Notes: generated by a model not told the origin, from the sequence alone. DNA of 64,000 nt from Phoronis australis (GCA_002633005.1 NMRA01001019.1:5419-69418); one strand, 5' to 3'; positions 38,990 to 52,752 are shown, numbered from the stretch's first letter. Numbers and translations: made by a program.

Positions 38990-40580
38990 CCATTCAAAAC
39001 CATCATAGACAGGATTTAAAATCAGAGCTCAAAATTGAAGAAATTTCCTTAGAATATACAAATTCTGAAAAAACCACGTGGTGTTAAGATTGACAACACA
39101 TTATAATGGAGTGCCGATGTTTCTGAGGTTTCCTCTAAAATGTGACAAAGACCGGGACTTTTAAGACGTATTAGCCCCTACATTTCTAGAGAGTGCAATT
39201 TGGGGTATTTTAGTCCTTGTGTGACACCGGATTGTTCTAAAAACCCCTCGATCCCCTCGACCCTTGCAACTCTCTCGACCAGGATCTACGACACTCAGGA
39301 CCCACGACCTGTGGCAATAGCGGTATTTTTGTGATTTTTACATATTTCGTAATCTTAGTACGTCGCTAAGTGACTTTCCCATAAGACATACCTACACGCC
39401 ACTCTGCTCAGGCTCAAGCGGAGTGAGAACGTGATCTGAAATAGCGCACTGTCAGCGCACTATCGTAGTCACGGAAATAATTCCATGAGCGGCTACCAAT
39501 GCCCCAGTTCTACTAAACTTAGAGAGAGAGTAGGTTAACGTGAATGTACAAAATTTCAGATTTTTTTGTTTGCTTTCTTTTGTATACTCGTTTACAACAT
39601 ACTCCATATAGTATGTTGAAATACTTTTAGTTAACAGCTTTTTTCAAGCTGTAATTACTGATGAAATTACAGTTTTATCGGTTCCTCGCACTCTCCGCAA
39701 AAATGTTGAATCTTCCACTCACTGAAGAGCAGATCAGACGATTACACTCTTTAACGCTGATATGTCTTTGATTTGATGTGGTGGCGTTGCTTTTTTTCTG
39801 TTTTGGCTTTCAAACTTGCCGAATTGACTTTATCAATTGCGATAAACAAGTAAAAGCCAGCCGAGCTCATTGGTCCTGCAAATCAGCAGGGGTGGAGGGT
39901 CGAGGGGGTCGTGGATCGAGGGAGCTGAGGGGTGTAGGGGTCGAAAGGCGTTAGAACAATCCTGTGTGTATTTTTTCACTTTTACATGCCAAAACGAATG
40001 ATACATACACTGAACGGTGTATTGTATTGTATTGTATTTATCTATTATAGCGACAAGTACAATTAATTCAAACAGTTATAGGTTTAACATTTGTAAGAAA
40101 ATATATAAGTACCCAGCCCAGTTGGGCTTATTAGTCACTTTAACCACACAGGTCAGATGTAGGCCTACCATAAATGCGACGGTTTCTAAGTTCAAAAGCA
40201 GACTTTATATGTTTGGCAAATTGCCTAAGGAAATACTNGGGTCGAAAGGCGTTAGAACAATCCTGTGTTACCCCCATTTTTGAATTGTTGTACAACCAAT
40301 TTGATTAATAAGCTCTTAAAGATGTAAAAATAGGCTGACAGGATCTTCCTGTGTGTTCCATTTAACATCTTATCCAGTTATATGTTCGCTGAGTTAAAAT
40401 GGATACCCATTCTTAAGTTTTACGAATTTAGATGGTTGTGCTACTGCCCTGATGCACCGGGATACTTCACCAGAAATATTGTAACAGTTTGTTCCAAATA
40501 CTCCTTTTGCCTCACAACATGGCCTTCTGGTGCCTAGTAAGGCACTTTTGCTCAAGTTATTGGGGAGTATATTGATCTCC
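38990..40580 (+). mobile_element. Ancient CR1-like LINE 3' remnant interrupted by a MITE; its tail resumes at 45707 and matches window 1-100
   Basis: Decayed translations GVKIDNTL*WS, GLLRRISPYI, INKLLKM...RIFL, MFAELKWIP and LPDHIK. Confidence 0.55.
39229..39962. mobile_element. GG-terminated MITE family, copy 3 (opposite orientation)
   Basis: GGATTGTTCTAA...TTAGAACAATCC; flanks tgtgtgacacc / tgtgttacccc (at 40263) suggest a TSD of about 11 bp. Confidence 0.82.
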
Positions 40581-41399
40581 CTACAGGCCCGTAGCCAGCA
40601 TTGTGCAGGGGGTGGTTCGAATTTCTTGAACGATGGACTTTTGCTATTATGCAAACGTTGACACTGTGGAGTTGTGGTAATACCAGAGATGAGGATGCCG
40701 TGGCGGTTGCTCGCAAAGAACGGGGCTCAATTCGGATGTAATGCGGTCCAAAACATTCTCGCGTTATTTCCTGCCAAATTTTCAAATCAGGCATGCTTAA
40801 ATGACTGATTACACCTACTCGGACAAAAATAGTAAGTCGGAGAATAGCTTATCGAAATTTTTTATCTAGTTATATTTTTTCGTGTTACTTAAGTTGCTTA
40901 CGTCGTTGGAAATGAGACCAGCCCTCTATTCACTATTTGGTTCGCCATTCCGAAAGTTCGATCACTACTTCGAAGGTTTACCACTACAAAAAGATCTAAT
41001 TTTTTCAAACGAAGTGTATTTTTTCACTTTTACATGCCAAAACGAATGATACATACACTGAACGGTGTATTGTATTGTATTGTATTTATCTATTATAGCG
41101 ACAAGTACAATTAATTCAAACAGTTATAGGTTTAACATTTGTAAGAAAATATATAAGTACCCAGCCCAGTTGGGCTTATTAGTCACTTTAACCACACAGG
41201 TCAGATGTAGGCCTACCATAAATGCGACGGTTTCTAAGTTCAAAAGCAGACTTTATATGTTTGGCAAATTGCCTAAGGAAATACTGAAAAAGCAGTTTCA
41301 ACGTAACTAATCTTCTTAAAGTGAAACTTTATTAAACAGAACAGACCTCCGTGAGTTATAAAGAGAACAATCAAACACAAAATATAGCTCATCCTCTAC

Positions 41400-44330
41400 A
41401 GAACCAGAGTCACAACACAAGCAGTCTTTCACTTACTTGAGTGTTTACATAACGACCAGTTTCTAAGTGCAATGGGAGATTTCCTGCTCTAAGCTGAGCC
41501 AAAAGAGATCGCTCGGAACGGTATAAATTAAGCTTCCCATACGGTTCAGTTAAAAACTCGTGCTGAAATAAAATGTAGGGTCTTAGCTCGGGTTTTGTTA
41601 CAACAGACTCAGCCAAGACATGTTTCGAGTATTCAGATCTACTATGTTACAAGTAGGCAAATTTTGAAAACAGGATTGCATGCCAGTTATGTTAAACAAA
41701 TTTTTGATTCAGTCTATCCAACCATTTCGACCAACAGAATAGTCCCATAGAAATACCTTCTTCAGTAACCTATCACCACTTTTGGTCACTAGTTTGTTCC
41801 TAAGACACAACATATTCAATTTAAATCTATTTTCGGTGGAGTCCCACCTCATATCGTCACTAACAGCATGAATGGTTGTAAATCGGTTGACTCCGAGATA
41901 AAAACGCATAGCTTTGTTTTGAATATTTTTATCATTGCCAAAGTTTTGTAACCCCAAACAGATGACCCGTAATCTAAAATTGGTAACACACACAAGTTAA
42001 ATAATGTTTTAAACGTTTTGAATCCTAGATTCTTCCTATCACGGAATGTTAAGCACATCTTCCCTAACGCTCTACCAGAAGCTTCAGATAACGTATTCAA
42101 ATTTTCTTTGAAGTCAAGGTGTTGATCCAGAATACAGCCTAAATATTTGTATGAGGATTTATAACTAATGGCAATGTTAAAAATAAATTCAATATTGCTT
42201 CTAGGAATAGACTTAGCTCGAAAATGGACAACATTAGTTTTTACCATGTTTACAACCATCATTCTCTTTTTAAACCTTCAAAATGTCTTGCATGTCAGTT
42301 TTATTCTCAGACAAAAGTGCAATATCGTCGGCATAAAGAAGCACTGAAATATTCATTGTTCGGGCCACATTTGACACCTTTACCCAGGTTTTTAATATCC
42401 AGAGCTAAGTCATTTATAATCATTTTAACATAAATTTCTTCATTAAATGTCACATTATTACTAAATTTTACAAGGATATTGGAGGTGTTATATTTACGTT
42501 TTTCCGAAAGAGTATCTGAATCTTAAGGTCTGTCGATACCAGATGAACATACACCAGGCGAGGATATTTTAAACTTTAAAACAAAAACAGAATGATCTGG
42601 TGCTTTACATCTTGGCCTAATCAAGGCGTGGATATCTAACATATCAATAATATCAGAAGTCTTAGTTACTGAAAACGATACATAAGTCTTCAAATTATTT
42701 TGGTCAGTTAAAATATAATCTACAACAGCATTTCCTCTGGACTAATTCTGCGATTAACAATAGCCAATTTCGAGTCTTTCACAAGTCAATTAAAGCATCA
42801 CCAAATCGATTGGTTTGAAAATCTATGATTTGTCTTGGGCCTACATCGTTAATATCTTGAATAAAATCTAGCTTGTTGCCTGTTCTTGCGTTAAAGTCCC
42901 CACAAATGAAGAAATTGTCAACATCACTTAAGTTATACAATTGGTTAATGAGATGAGAATAAATGTCATCAAATGTTCTTACTTCTGTTCAAAACTCTCG
43001 GGAGGAATGTAGCATGTATAAATTACAAAACAACTTTAGCTCCCAGAATGCCACCATCAAAGACCTTGTCAATAACACTTACATCAAATTTATCAAACAT
43101 ACTGTGTTTTATAAGCATACCAACACCCCCAGAACCTCTGGGAGTTTTAATGAGCAAATTTTCACGGTTGCAAACAAGAAATCGGTATCCTTCCTTCGAC
43201 TTGGATGATATCGTTAGAACATAAATGTGTCTCATTCAGGGAAACAACATCACAGTTAAATTGGTAAATCGCTAGTTTTTGCAAAGCATTATTGTGAACC
43301 GACCACCCATTGATTTTCCAATGAGCAATGGAGAATTCGAACGAACTGGGCTGGGGGACCTATTCCGCATCTCTGGGAGTAGAGACGATATGCTATAAAA
43401 CTGTTTTGCCCTGGTTTGACTTGAACTCGTTTGGATGTCGTGTGTTCGGTTACCCTCGTTACCATGGTTACCCTCGTTATTGGCTTCCCCACTTGTCTTC
43501 TGCTGTTGTTGCTGCTGATCTTTTTTATAATTCTACCGCTCCCGGTTACACGAAACTCATTACCGTTGGGCATGGACCTCAAAAGTGTATTAAAGTTCAA
43601 CTCAATAAGTCTATCTGTATGCGATTTGTGTATTTAAGTTCAACTCAATAAGTCTATCTGTATGCGATTTGTGTATTTAAGTTTAACTCAATAAGTCTAT
43701 CTGTATGCGATTTGTGTATCAAAGTTCAACTCAATAAGTCTATCTGTATGCGATTTGTGTATCTAAGTTCAACTCAATAAGTCTATCTGTATGCGATTTG
43801 TGTATTTAAGTTNAAACATACTGTGTTTTATAAGCATACCAACACCCCCAGAACCTCTGGGAGTTTTAATGAGCAAATTTTCACGGTTGCAAACAAGAAA
43901 TCGGTATCCTTCCTTCGACTTGGATGATATCGTTAGAACATAAATGTGTCTCATTCAGGGAAACAACATCACAGTTAAATTGGTAAATCGCTAGTTTTCG
44001 CAAAGCATTATTGTGAACCGACCACCCATTGATTTTCCAATAAGCAATGGAGAATTCGAACGAACTGGGCTGGGGGACCTATTCCGCATCTCTGGGAGTA
44101 GAGACGATATGCTATATAACTGTTTTGCCTTGGTTTGACTTGAACTCGTTTGGATGTCGTGTGTTTGGTTACCCTCATTATTGGCTTCCCCACTTGTCTT
44201 TTGCTGTTGTTGCTGCTGATCTTTTATAATTCTACCGCTCCCGGTTACACGAAACTCATTACCGTTGAGCATGGACCTCAAAAGTGTATCAAAGTTCAAC
44301 TCAATAAGTCTATCTGTATGCGATTTGCTG
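41400..44330 (-). mobile_element. Internally deleted L2/CR1-group LINE: APE endonuclease, 3' RT region and ORF1 tail
   Basis: RGSGGVG, ICGDFNAR, VDYI and PDHS (APE); LYADD, YKYLG and LRAGNLPLHLETGRY; 43814-44330 repeats 43094-43630 after an N. Confidence 0.88.
43593..43812. repeat. 43 bp minisatellite, 5+ copies, ending at an N
   Basis: Unit AAGTTCAACTCAATAAGTCTATCTGTATGCGATTTGTGTATTT at 43593, 43636, 43679, 43722 and 43765. Confidence 0.93.
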
Positions 44331-44894
44331 CCACGTAGATGTACCTATTTCGGGAACTAAAATACTTTGGATTTCATGCGCCTGCGAAATTGCCCGCATG
44401 CTTTACGAACACTGAAAAATGAGAACGTTATTGCATTTTAAAAAATATGGAGTGGGAATATTGATGAATTATTAACCACGATACATTCGTCAAATCCATG
44501 TCAAGGTCGCATCATTTCACAGCGCGACTAAAAGTTTAGGGCCGCTGCACTTGAACCTCGTCCATCGGAACCACGGACACGACGGGTTAGCACCCTGTCC
44601 CTGCCAGTCTTCACAAAGTCAGCGAACCCAATTCAGTCTTCTTAAACTTAAAAATGTTGGTCGCCGCAGCCCTGACCCGTGCCCCAGATGTTGTCCATGC
44701 TTGAGAATGAGTCGCTAGTTAGATTCAAGATTCACGATTGGTAATGATTGGAATCGAGCTCATTTGTAAACAATGAAATCAATTTATTAAGAACTAGTCG
44801 ACTTTTGCACACCCTTAAATGATTACTAAGCGGATACAAATAGAATAATTTATTCATGTATGTTACGACTCATTAGCACACATTCAGGGTAATG

Positions 44895-44990
44895 AACTGT
44901 TTGGCTTAGTGGTTTCAGGTCGGAACTCCTGTTTGGGAGACCTGAGTTTGAATCCTGGCATTGCACAAAGGTGTCTCCTACTCCTCTGAG
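44895..44990 (+). mobile_element. Decayed tRNA-derived SINE head
   Basis: A-box-like TGGCTTAGTGG (44902) and B-box-like GAGTTTGAATCC (44944) at tRNA spacing; no convincing cloverleaf. Confidence 0.4.
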
Positions 44991-46295
44991 CTCGGTTTTA
45001 CTATTGAATATGTGCAAGGGTGTCAGTTAGAGCCTGGATATAATGCAAAAGCGAAACAAATAACTGTCGGAATTCTGGTTTTGGAATTGTGCACATTCGA
45101 AGTAGTGAACTTTCGAAGGTAGCGAACCTTCGCGGTAGTGAACCTTCGGAATTGTGGCATCTAATCTTGGAAATCTTTTCCGTCAAGTTGGTTACTCGTA
45201 TAAAGTCTGTGAGGCTGTGCACCATTGAAACTATTGACAAGAAAAGTCCATCTCCATTGACCAAAGTTTTTATTGGGTCTATATTTACTTTTCCTCAAAA
45301 ATGTGAACGGAACGTGATTTTCGGTGTTTTCTCAGAGCAAACAAACACGATTATAGTTCGTGGGCGCACCCAAGGGGGGCTCGAACAAGCCCCCCAATTT
45401 GGCGAATTAGTCAAAAAGGTCCGGCTCAGTGAAGCAAAAAGTCCTACTAAACGAGAGACATAAGTTCACAAAATCCACGGGAAGTCGGCGCGGATGCACA
45501 ATTCATGAACCTAGTGGAGACCTTTGAACCAGAAGCAAATACAAAATTATTACTAAATTGGTTATCAATGTAGTTAGTAGTACTTGTAGCTGCAACAATT
45601 TTGTTGTTTTCCGTCTGTATCCTATCGTTAACGGATGGGCTGGGGCTGGATCTTTTCCGCGGAGGGGGGTTCGTTCGAAACCCTCGAACCCCTGGCTACG
45701 GGTCTGCCCTGACCATAACACGTAACTATTCTTAAGCATTTTAAGAAAAGTTTGTACACCGACGTTCGCTCAATTTAATCATTGCATGTGATATGTGTGT
45801 CTTTCATATGATCTCATGGCAACACCACAATTATTTGCACATTGCTTTCCTCTTTTTATTTAAAGTGTTTGCACTTAATTTAGATACTGTTTTTAATGTT
45901 ATCATTATCGTTTTCATGTAACATGTCCTGCTTTGCCATATAAAATTAATTGTAGAATATTACTATTTCATATTCATGTCCTTTGAGTTGTTTATACCAT
46001 TGTTCATTACCATGTCTATTGTATGTATTTTTGTGAAGACTATTTGGAAGATAACCTTTGTGCCTTAAGATGGTGTATCAGCTGCTTTTATCATCAATAA
46101 TTATTGTTTATATCGGTGAATAAAAAACGACAGTCACTTGTTTTCTTAGGTGATAAAGTCCTAGTGTTGCATAGTTGTACGCTTTTGCAAGCAAATAGAA
46201 TTAACTATAAGCCCACATGTGACAGTATTTCAATACCTATAACATTTGATACAATCTTGTTGTTATAGTCTGCCCCTGTTGCATAAGTTAACACG

Positions 46296-46379
46296 ATGAG
46301 TTCCTACAACAAGCTTGTGAAATACGTGGCACCGGCCTGGTCATCTAAACTCGCAAATACTCCCACACATAGGGTTGAG
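46296..46379 (+). CDS. Gene 2 coding exon 1 (MSSYNKLVKYVAPAWSSKLANTPTHRVE)
   Basis: ATG at 46296, GAG|GTGAGT donor; paralog of 619-702. Confidence 0.88.
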
Positions 46380-47389
46380 GTGAGTTCAACGGTTTCCAGT
46401 TTAGAAGAATCTCCTTACTATCTGGTGGCTTTCACAACATTTAGAGGCTCTGTACAGGTTGAAGTTACGTCAGCTTATCAGTCCTGCCTATTGGAGAGCA
46501 GGGTCTTGTGAAACTATTTAAATAAAAATCACGTAAGTGCTCCAAAGATTTCATTAAAATTCGGGTACAATCGTGTCCATTGCTCAAGTGATATTGACTG
46601 CATTTGGTTGACATAGCGGTTCCGCCAGGACAAGAGGCATCTGATTGGCCTGCAAGCGGGAAGTCGCCATCGAGAACGAATCAAATGTCTTAGCCTCCAG
46701 ACCTGGTGTAAGCGCCGATGACAGTCAAATGCAGCCTATGATTACTGCTTAAGGTTTCATACTTTTTATTACAGTAACTTGTACTTCAGTTCTGAAAGTT
46801 AAATCTCCTTCACATACACCTTTTTCCAGTTTTGGTGTTGTTGGTCTACTCGCTTTAAATATTTGAAAAGCTAAGTTTCGACTTGGCTCATTTTGTTCCT
46901 GGCATAGGTAGAAGTGATCTCCTCTTTACTTGGGAAGAACCCACAGTTGGTTAGTGCTAAAGCAATGCTCGACTCATCAAATGTCACGCGATGTCAAGTC
47001 AACTTTATTTAATACGTGACATCTATATGTGGTGTTATTAAATTAAATTATTCCTTGTCTAAATTAAATAATGTTTTATATATAAACAAAGGAAATCCTG
47101 AAAAGCTACCAAATGTTTTGAAATTATTTTAAATAGTATTTACGGGTAATTCATTATCGAACTATATCATTCAACGCCAAAAGTACCATAAATGCTTCTG
47201 ATTTGCGCCTGACTCATTTTGTTACCTTGTTTTCAAACAATAAAGAAACTGTCAGCTTTTCCGATGCTCAGAAAGGACCTTTGACAGGGATAAGAAACAA
47301 TATGAGACTTGAAAAAGGGTCTAATCCGAGATGATTTTCGACAAGAGACGAGCTCAGTACACTTTCGTGAAATATTTTTTCAATTACAG

Positions 47390-47500
47390 CTAGCTTTATC
47401 CAATACACCAATTCACTCATGGTACGACAATTTACCCGGTGGTTTCTCCGTTTCCATAAAGAGAGATGACTTGACAGGATGCACGCTGACGGGAAACAAG
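47390..47500 (+). CDS. Gene 2 exon 2 (LALSNTPIHSWYDNLPGGFSVSIKRDDLTGCTLTGNK)
   Basis: ttacag acceptor, AAG|GTATTG donor; KRDD/GNK motif. Confidence 0.95.
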
Positions 47501-48997
47501 GTATTGTTAAATGTGATATTGTGTGCACCAAGACGGATTGAAACCCATGATCTCAACGGTAACAGTCTGGCATTTTGCTACCACAGCTAAAGCTGATTTT
47601 AAATGTAATTTAACTGAAACGTTCACTGGCCTGGATTGTAGTTAATTTTACCAAACAGCTGGAAGTCAGGTTTGGTATTGGCAATTTATAAAAAATAATA
47701 AAGAACAACGTTTTTTTTCTGTTTTATACCTCTGATCAAAGTTAAGAGCTTCAGGAAGCCTATCCTGTCTTACTATAAATTCAAAATTACATCTTTCAGC
47801 TCTAAAGGCAATTGCGTCCCTTTAACAGTTGAAGCAACCGTAGACGCCATTTTTCAAAACACGCATCTTGAAACTAACCTTTTTCAAAATCAGCTGAAAA
47901 CTTTAATTATGACGTCAACCTTAACTGCCATCGGCTTTATTTTGGGTTTTGTTATACTTGTAAGAAAGTCTGCTATTAATCGTTCAGTACATCATGGAGT
48001 GTGGCGTTTACCGTGCATGTGAAATACAATTCCCGGGTCACTTCTCAGATATTAAAACTGCATTTCCTCCTGTTGACCTGCCAGATTAAAACAAAACTAG
48101 GTCACTTACCCTACAGTATGAATGTTGAAAATTCCCTTGCTCTGGTAGGATTTGATTTTGATTTGTTGCCACGAAGAACATTAAAAATATTTACGAGTAA
48201 AAAACGTTTCGTAAAATCATAACCGCTGTCCATCTCTTCAAGTATTTGAACCTTCAGTTAAATCTTAGGTTACCCCTAAAGTCTAGTTGAATCTCGTTGC
48301 AAGTAATGCGGTCCTGTCAAGAAAATTTTAGCTCCAATTTGATTGGATCAATGAGTATATTTCTTGATTTCAGGTTATAGGGTAAGTGGAATAGAAATAT
48401 AAGTCTTTAAAATGTTCCTCGATTTCGGGATGATAATTTCGTATATGGAAGACATTACTTTCGTAATTTCTGTGGTCTTGAACACCTCACGTATATCCGT
48501 AGGCTTAAATACATGGGTCCTCTTTTTGATTTGGGCATGCGTAGCACATGCTCACTGGGATGATAAAGAACTAGTTCTAGTGAATGAACTAATTTTTGCA
48601 TTGCAATTTAAGGTGCCCATAATAAAATGCAGATTTCTCCTAAAGTTACGAGTAAATGGCAAAACACCATTTGATAAGAAATAGTGACTAACACTCAATT
48701 CTATCAATAAATCATACAATGGTTAGTAAATTGCAAATTAAATTAAGACACCTTCTAATGGTTTAAGACCGCTAACAAGAAAGTTTTCTTTACATAAAAA
48801 AAGAAATGAAAAAACAAAAAAAAATCACTAAGAGTACATAAAGTATGCAAAAAAGATGGGCAAAATTATGATGCTTAACAAAACAAAGTGAAGTAACGAC
48901 CGACACACAAGAAGCCAGGACGTTGAATACCCCTGGGTCTTTGGAATATAAGTTTCTAGATACTATTACATGTGAAGCAGCTAGAAATTATTGATAT

Positions 48998-51546
48998 GAT
49001 TGTTCTGAAACATCCTCGACCCACGACTCCCTGCACCGACAACCCCCTCGACCTACCACTTACAATACACAAAGCTCGGTTCGGCTCCGTGAGGATATCT
49101 GCTCACCTTCAGCTTTTCTGGGTCTGGCTGGTAATAGAAACATTATTACGTATTTTTGCAATTAAGAGATATATAAAAAACACGCGACCAACTCAAATCA
49201 AAGACGGTCAACGTTACAAAAGTCGTTCTCGCAGAGTGGAATCGTAACCTCTCCACTGAATGGCAGATCCAAGCTGTTTTTAAGAAAGTGCCAGGAACCC
49301 ACGAATATGTAATTTCTTCAGTACATACAATTTGAAAAAACATACTGTTAACTAAAAAAACATCTCAAAGTTACATGGCGTATATTGTAGATGTGGATAC
49401 GACTGAAACCAAATAACTAAAATGTGAAATTATGTTCCGTGTGTATGTGTACTTACAGCGATGATATTTGTCTCAATAGTTGTCAGGCTTCTATGCAGTC
49501 TCACGTCTTGTGGCCCTTCCTTCTTGACAGCTGAACCAGTGTCCCTTTCTTCCGTCGTATACTATCTAGTTGAAGGCATACCTTGATGTCGTCAGATGGC
49601 GTCCTGGACTTGTTTCGTCCCTAAACCGTAACGGTCTCCACTGGTGGCTCCACAGTGGTGGCCAACTCACTATGCATCACCGGGGCCTCCGGCGTCACTC
49701 CGGCGGTCCCACAGCCAACACCCGGTCTTCTCATTGTAGCTATCTTTCCTCTGCCTGGCACACCGAGCTTCTCCACCAACAATCATACAGATGTTGCAGG
49801 AAACCCTCTAATTCCCACCTCTACAGGAAACAACCAAATCCGCCAACTTCAAGCTCCGCTTCTTTCCGCCAGCTTGCTGTACTTTGATAACTTCCTCTCT
49901 TGCGCCTCTTCGCATCCTTCCTCCTATGGGACGTAAGCTCTGTAATGACAATACGCTGATGAGTATCCGAACAAAACATCATGTCAGGCCGAGCGTTATT
50001 TCCACAATACCTGGGAGCTCAAGGTTTCTTTCCAGATGTACTCTCATCTCCCAGCTTACTGCATCAAGGATGCAGGGCTGCTGACGTGACTTCTTCCCTA
50101 GCTCACCTGCTCTGACGAATTGGATGTGTTGGCTACTTGCCCTGGGCTTAGTCGCTCTTGTATTGCGCTCTTCAGTTACGATGTCTGCAGGGTTTTCAGT
50201 ACTTGGTCGTGACGCCATCTGCATCGGTCCTGCTGAAGCGCAATGGTACACCCTTATAGGATGTGGGCCAATGTACCTCTTCCTCTACACAGCTAGCAGT
50301 TGAATCGTCCACTAGGCCCCAGCATAGAAGGTTTGTAGGGGATGGTAACACGTCGTAGACAGAACGAAGCAGAAACTGAATGCGCATCGGCTCCATCCTC
50401 CACAAGTCTGTATGGAAGGTTCCACTTGGTTCAGGCTCCTTGGTGGCTCAGTTAGACTGCCTTAGGTTTCCGCGTTTCCTCCACTGATGACCTCACCTCA
50501 GCTTGGACCATCTCCCTCTCCCTGTCTCCACAGCTAGTCGAAACTGGGATGTACCCAACCCTTGTCGTAGTACACAAGTGCTACCAATGATATCTATGAT
50601 CTGTAGCAAGCTCTCTGCCTGGCTCACAGATGTGTCCGCTGACCACAGTCTCGTCATGACACCTGTTTCCCTCACCTTCGGATCTCTGGAGAGGCGTAAG
50701 GTAAGTACCAGCTCTCACTTTGCTACTTTAAGTTCCTCTGTATTTAAAGATATTGGAAGTTAAAGCTCTGCGGTTCTACTATGAATACCAATCAGTGTGG
50801 AGCTTTGGGGGCCTCCGAACCACTTCCTCAGCCATTTGTTGCTCTCCCTAGGCTCTCCACTGCCGATATGGGGATGTCGTACAACATACGTCCTCACATT
50901 GCACGAGGTAACAGTCCAAGCTGGTAGATCCAGACCGTGTACTTGCCAGAATGACCCAACTTTTCTATCCTGTTCAACCACTCTATAGATGGGTCTCCAT
51001 CTGCTTGATGTTGTTCTTATCGCACAAGATTTCATCGTACCATTTGCCTAGGCTCTTGATGGAGTTGTTAATCAGTGCTGGAATGTCTTCGCCTTGAATG
51101 GTTAAGGAGAATCTTTTAACCTCGTTCCCGCCTCTCATCATCAGGAGTCTCGACTTCCTAAGCTTGAATTTCATGCGATCCCATCTTGCAACATCATCTA
51201 GTGCTGTCAATAACCACCGATATTGCACATGCGTCACCGCCGTTACTGTCAAATCGTTCATAAATGCTCTGATTACAGGTACCACGATACCGTACTATTT
51301 TCCTAAGTTTAGTAGAACAGGATCATTGGTAATTGCTCGTGGAACTATTTCCATGACAACGATAGCACGCTCACAATCCGCCATTTCAGATCATGTTCTT
51401 ACGCCGCTTTCTGTTTTTAACCACTTATCTTGAGCCAGAGCAGATCGTGTATTTAAGTCTTATGGTCAAGTCACTAACCGTCATGATAAGATTATGAAAT
51501 GTGTGGTCGTGGGGTGTGGGGGGTCGAGAGGGTTTTAGAACAATTT
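48998..51546. mobile_element. GG-terminated MITE family, copy 4, carrying a nested retrotransposon
   Basis: GATTGTTCTGAAAC...GGTTTTAGAACAAT; absent at the equivalent gene 1 site (about 3545). Confidence 0.75.
49450..51290 (-). mobile_element. 5'-truncated HERO-like (R2 superfamily, REL endonuclease) non-LTR retrotransposon
   Basis: IRAFMNDLTV..RWLL..L..VARW.RMKFK..KSR, IKSLGKWYD and FLLRSVYDVLPSPTNL..WG, with a PD-type motif near 49980; GC-rich, multiple frameshifts. Confidence 0.85.
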
Positions 51547-52593
51547 GTTAGAAATATGATAAATTGGAACGTAGCTACTACTTATGAAATTGCTTAAAAA
51601 CCTGGAGAATACTTGTAGAGAGTGGGTTTTTATTCAACTTAGAGCAGAGATTCGTATTTCGTTGCATACTATGAACTCACTCGACTATTTTCGTAGCCAC
51701 AGTTTCACTTGAAAGTGAGCATTATAGCCGTTTCTGCAAACATCAGTCAGACATTGGGCGAGCTTATGAGAATGACTTGTCGCATGAAAGCAAATAACGT
51801 TCACCAACCCGGAAAATTTTGAGGCTCCGAAAATATCGAAGGAATGTTTCATATCTGCGCATGTGCGAACTTCAAGCAAAACAGGAAGTCGTTTGACTCT
51901 TGGACAGGAGAAAGAGATAATGTTACGATAAGGAGACAGACTAAAGATTTAAAATGACCGTCGTGGATGACTTTTGAGACCAGCTACATGTAGGAAGAAG
52001 CCAGTGCTGTATGATGATTGCTCAGATCGCTCATGCGCATATATGAAACAACTCATAGGAATAATGTGAGGCTATGAAAATATCTTAGTTGTTTTGGATG
52101 ATATTTACTCAATGAAATGCCATTGTCTATCTCCGGGAGGCAACCGTAATGCTCGATCGATTCAGCTAGGAAATATGGATGACTGACTGGAAGCCACCAT
52201 GCCTGAACTGGTTCATCATCAAGAGAATCTAATAATCAACAACTTTGTGCTGGTTGATCAATTGTGTTAGCTGTGAGGGTTGTTCATGTTTACATTGTTA
52301 ATATGGTGGCGGCATACAAATAAATCATATTAATGCTGTGTGACAGTATTAATTACAAGCAAGGGTATGTTTGCCTGTTATTCATGTAATTTCAAAGATA
52401 GTATACAATATGAACCGAGACGATCAACAGCGTGTTGTTGTACGAGCTAGAAATACAGCTTTGTTTGTTATTGCACTCCATTCAAATGTAAATTTATACA
52501 TGTAATTAAATACGAACTTTGTCATACAAGTACTATTAGGGTATAGGTAAATCCCAACTGTTATTTTTACTTAAAAATTTTTCATTAATTTAG

Positions 52594-52752
52594 GTGAGAA
52601 TGTTAGAGTTCATGTTCGCCGACGCCATTCAACGAGGTTGTAGCCATGTGATGGCTAGTGGTTATGAGAAGTCCAACGCTTGCAGGGCGACTGCTGTTAT
52701 CGCGGCACAACTAGGACTAAGCTGCCATTTGTTTCTGAGGTCAAAGGCAACC
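52594..52752 (+). CDS. Gene 2 exon 3 (VRMLEFMFADAIQRGCSHVMASGYEKSNACRATA...KAT)
   Basis: tttag acceptor, ACC|GTAAGA donor. Confidence 0.95.

Larger units (their letters stand above)
40584..45706. mobile_element. TIR element (CAGG...CTG ends, 5 bp TSD) inflated to 5.1 kb by nested insertions
   Basis: CAGGCCCGTAGCCAG / CTGGCTACGGGTCTG, flanks CCCTA / CCCTG; the empty site gatctccctgacc is seen at window 28-40. Confidence 0.78.

Noticed and set aside
39965-40270. Exact duplicate of about 41014-41286 plus a repeated MITE end
   Set aside because: The copy is identical, abuts N 40238 and re-reads the preceding 30 bp, so it is most likely a mis-join; the twin 81/88 aa ORFs are not genes.
43593-43812. 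CRISPR-like array
   Set aside because: Units are head-to-tail with no unique spacers, the context is eukaryotic and there are no cas genes.
44895-44970. Functional tRNA gene
   Set aside because: A and B boxes are present but the B box is degenerate and the stems do not pair; kept only as a low-confidence SINE head.
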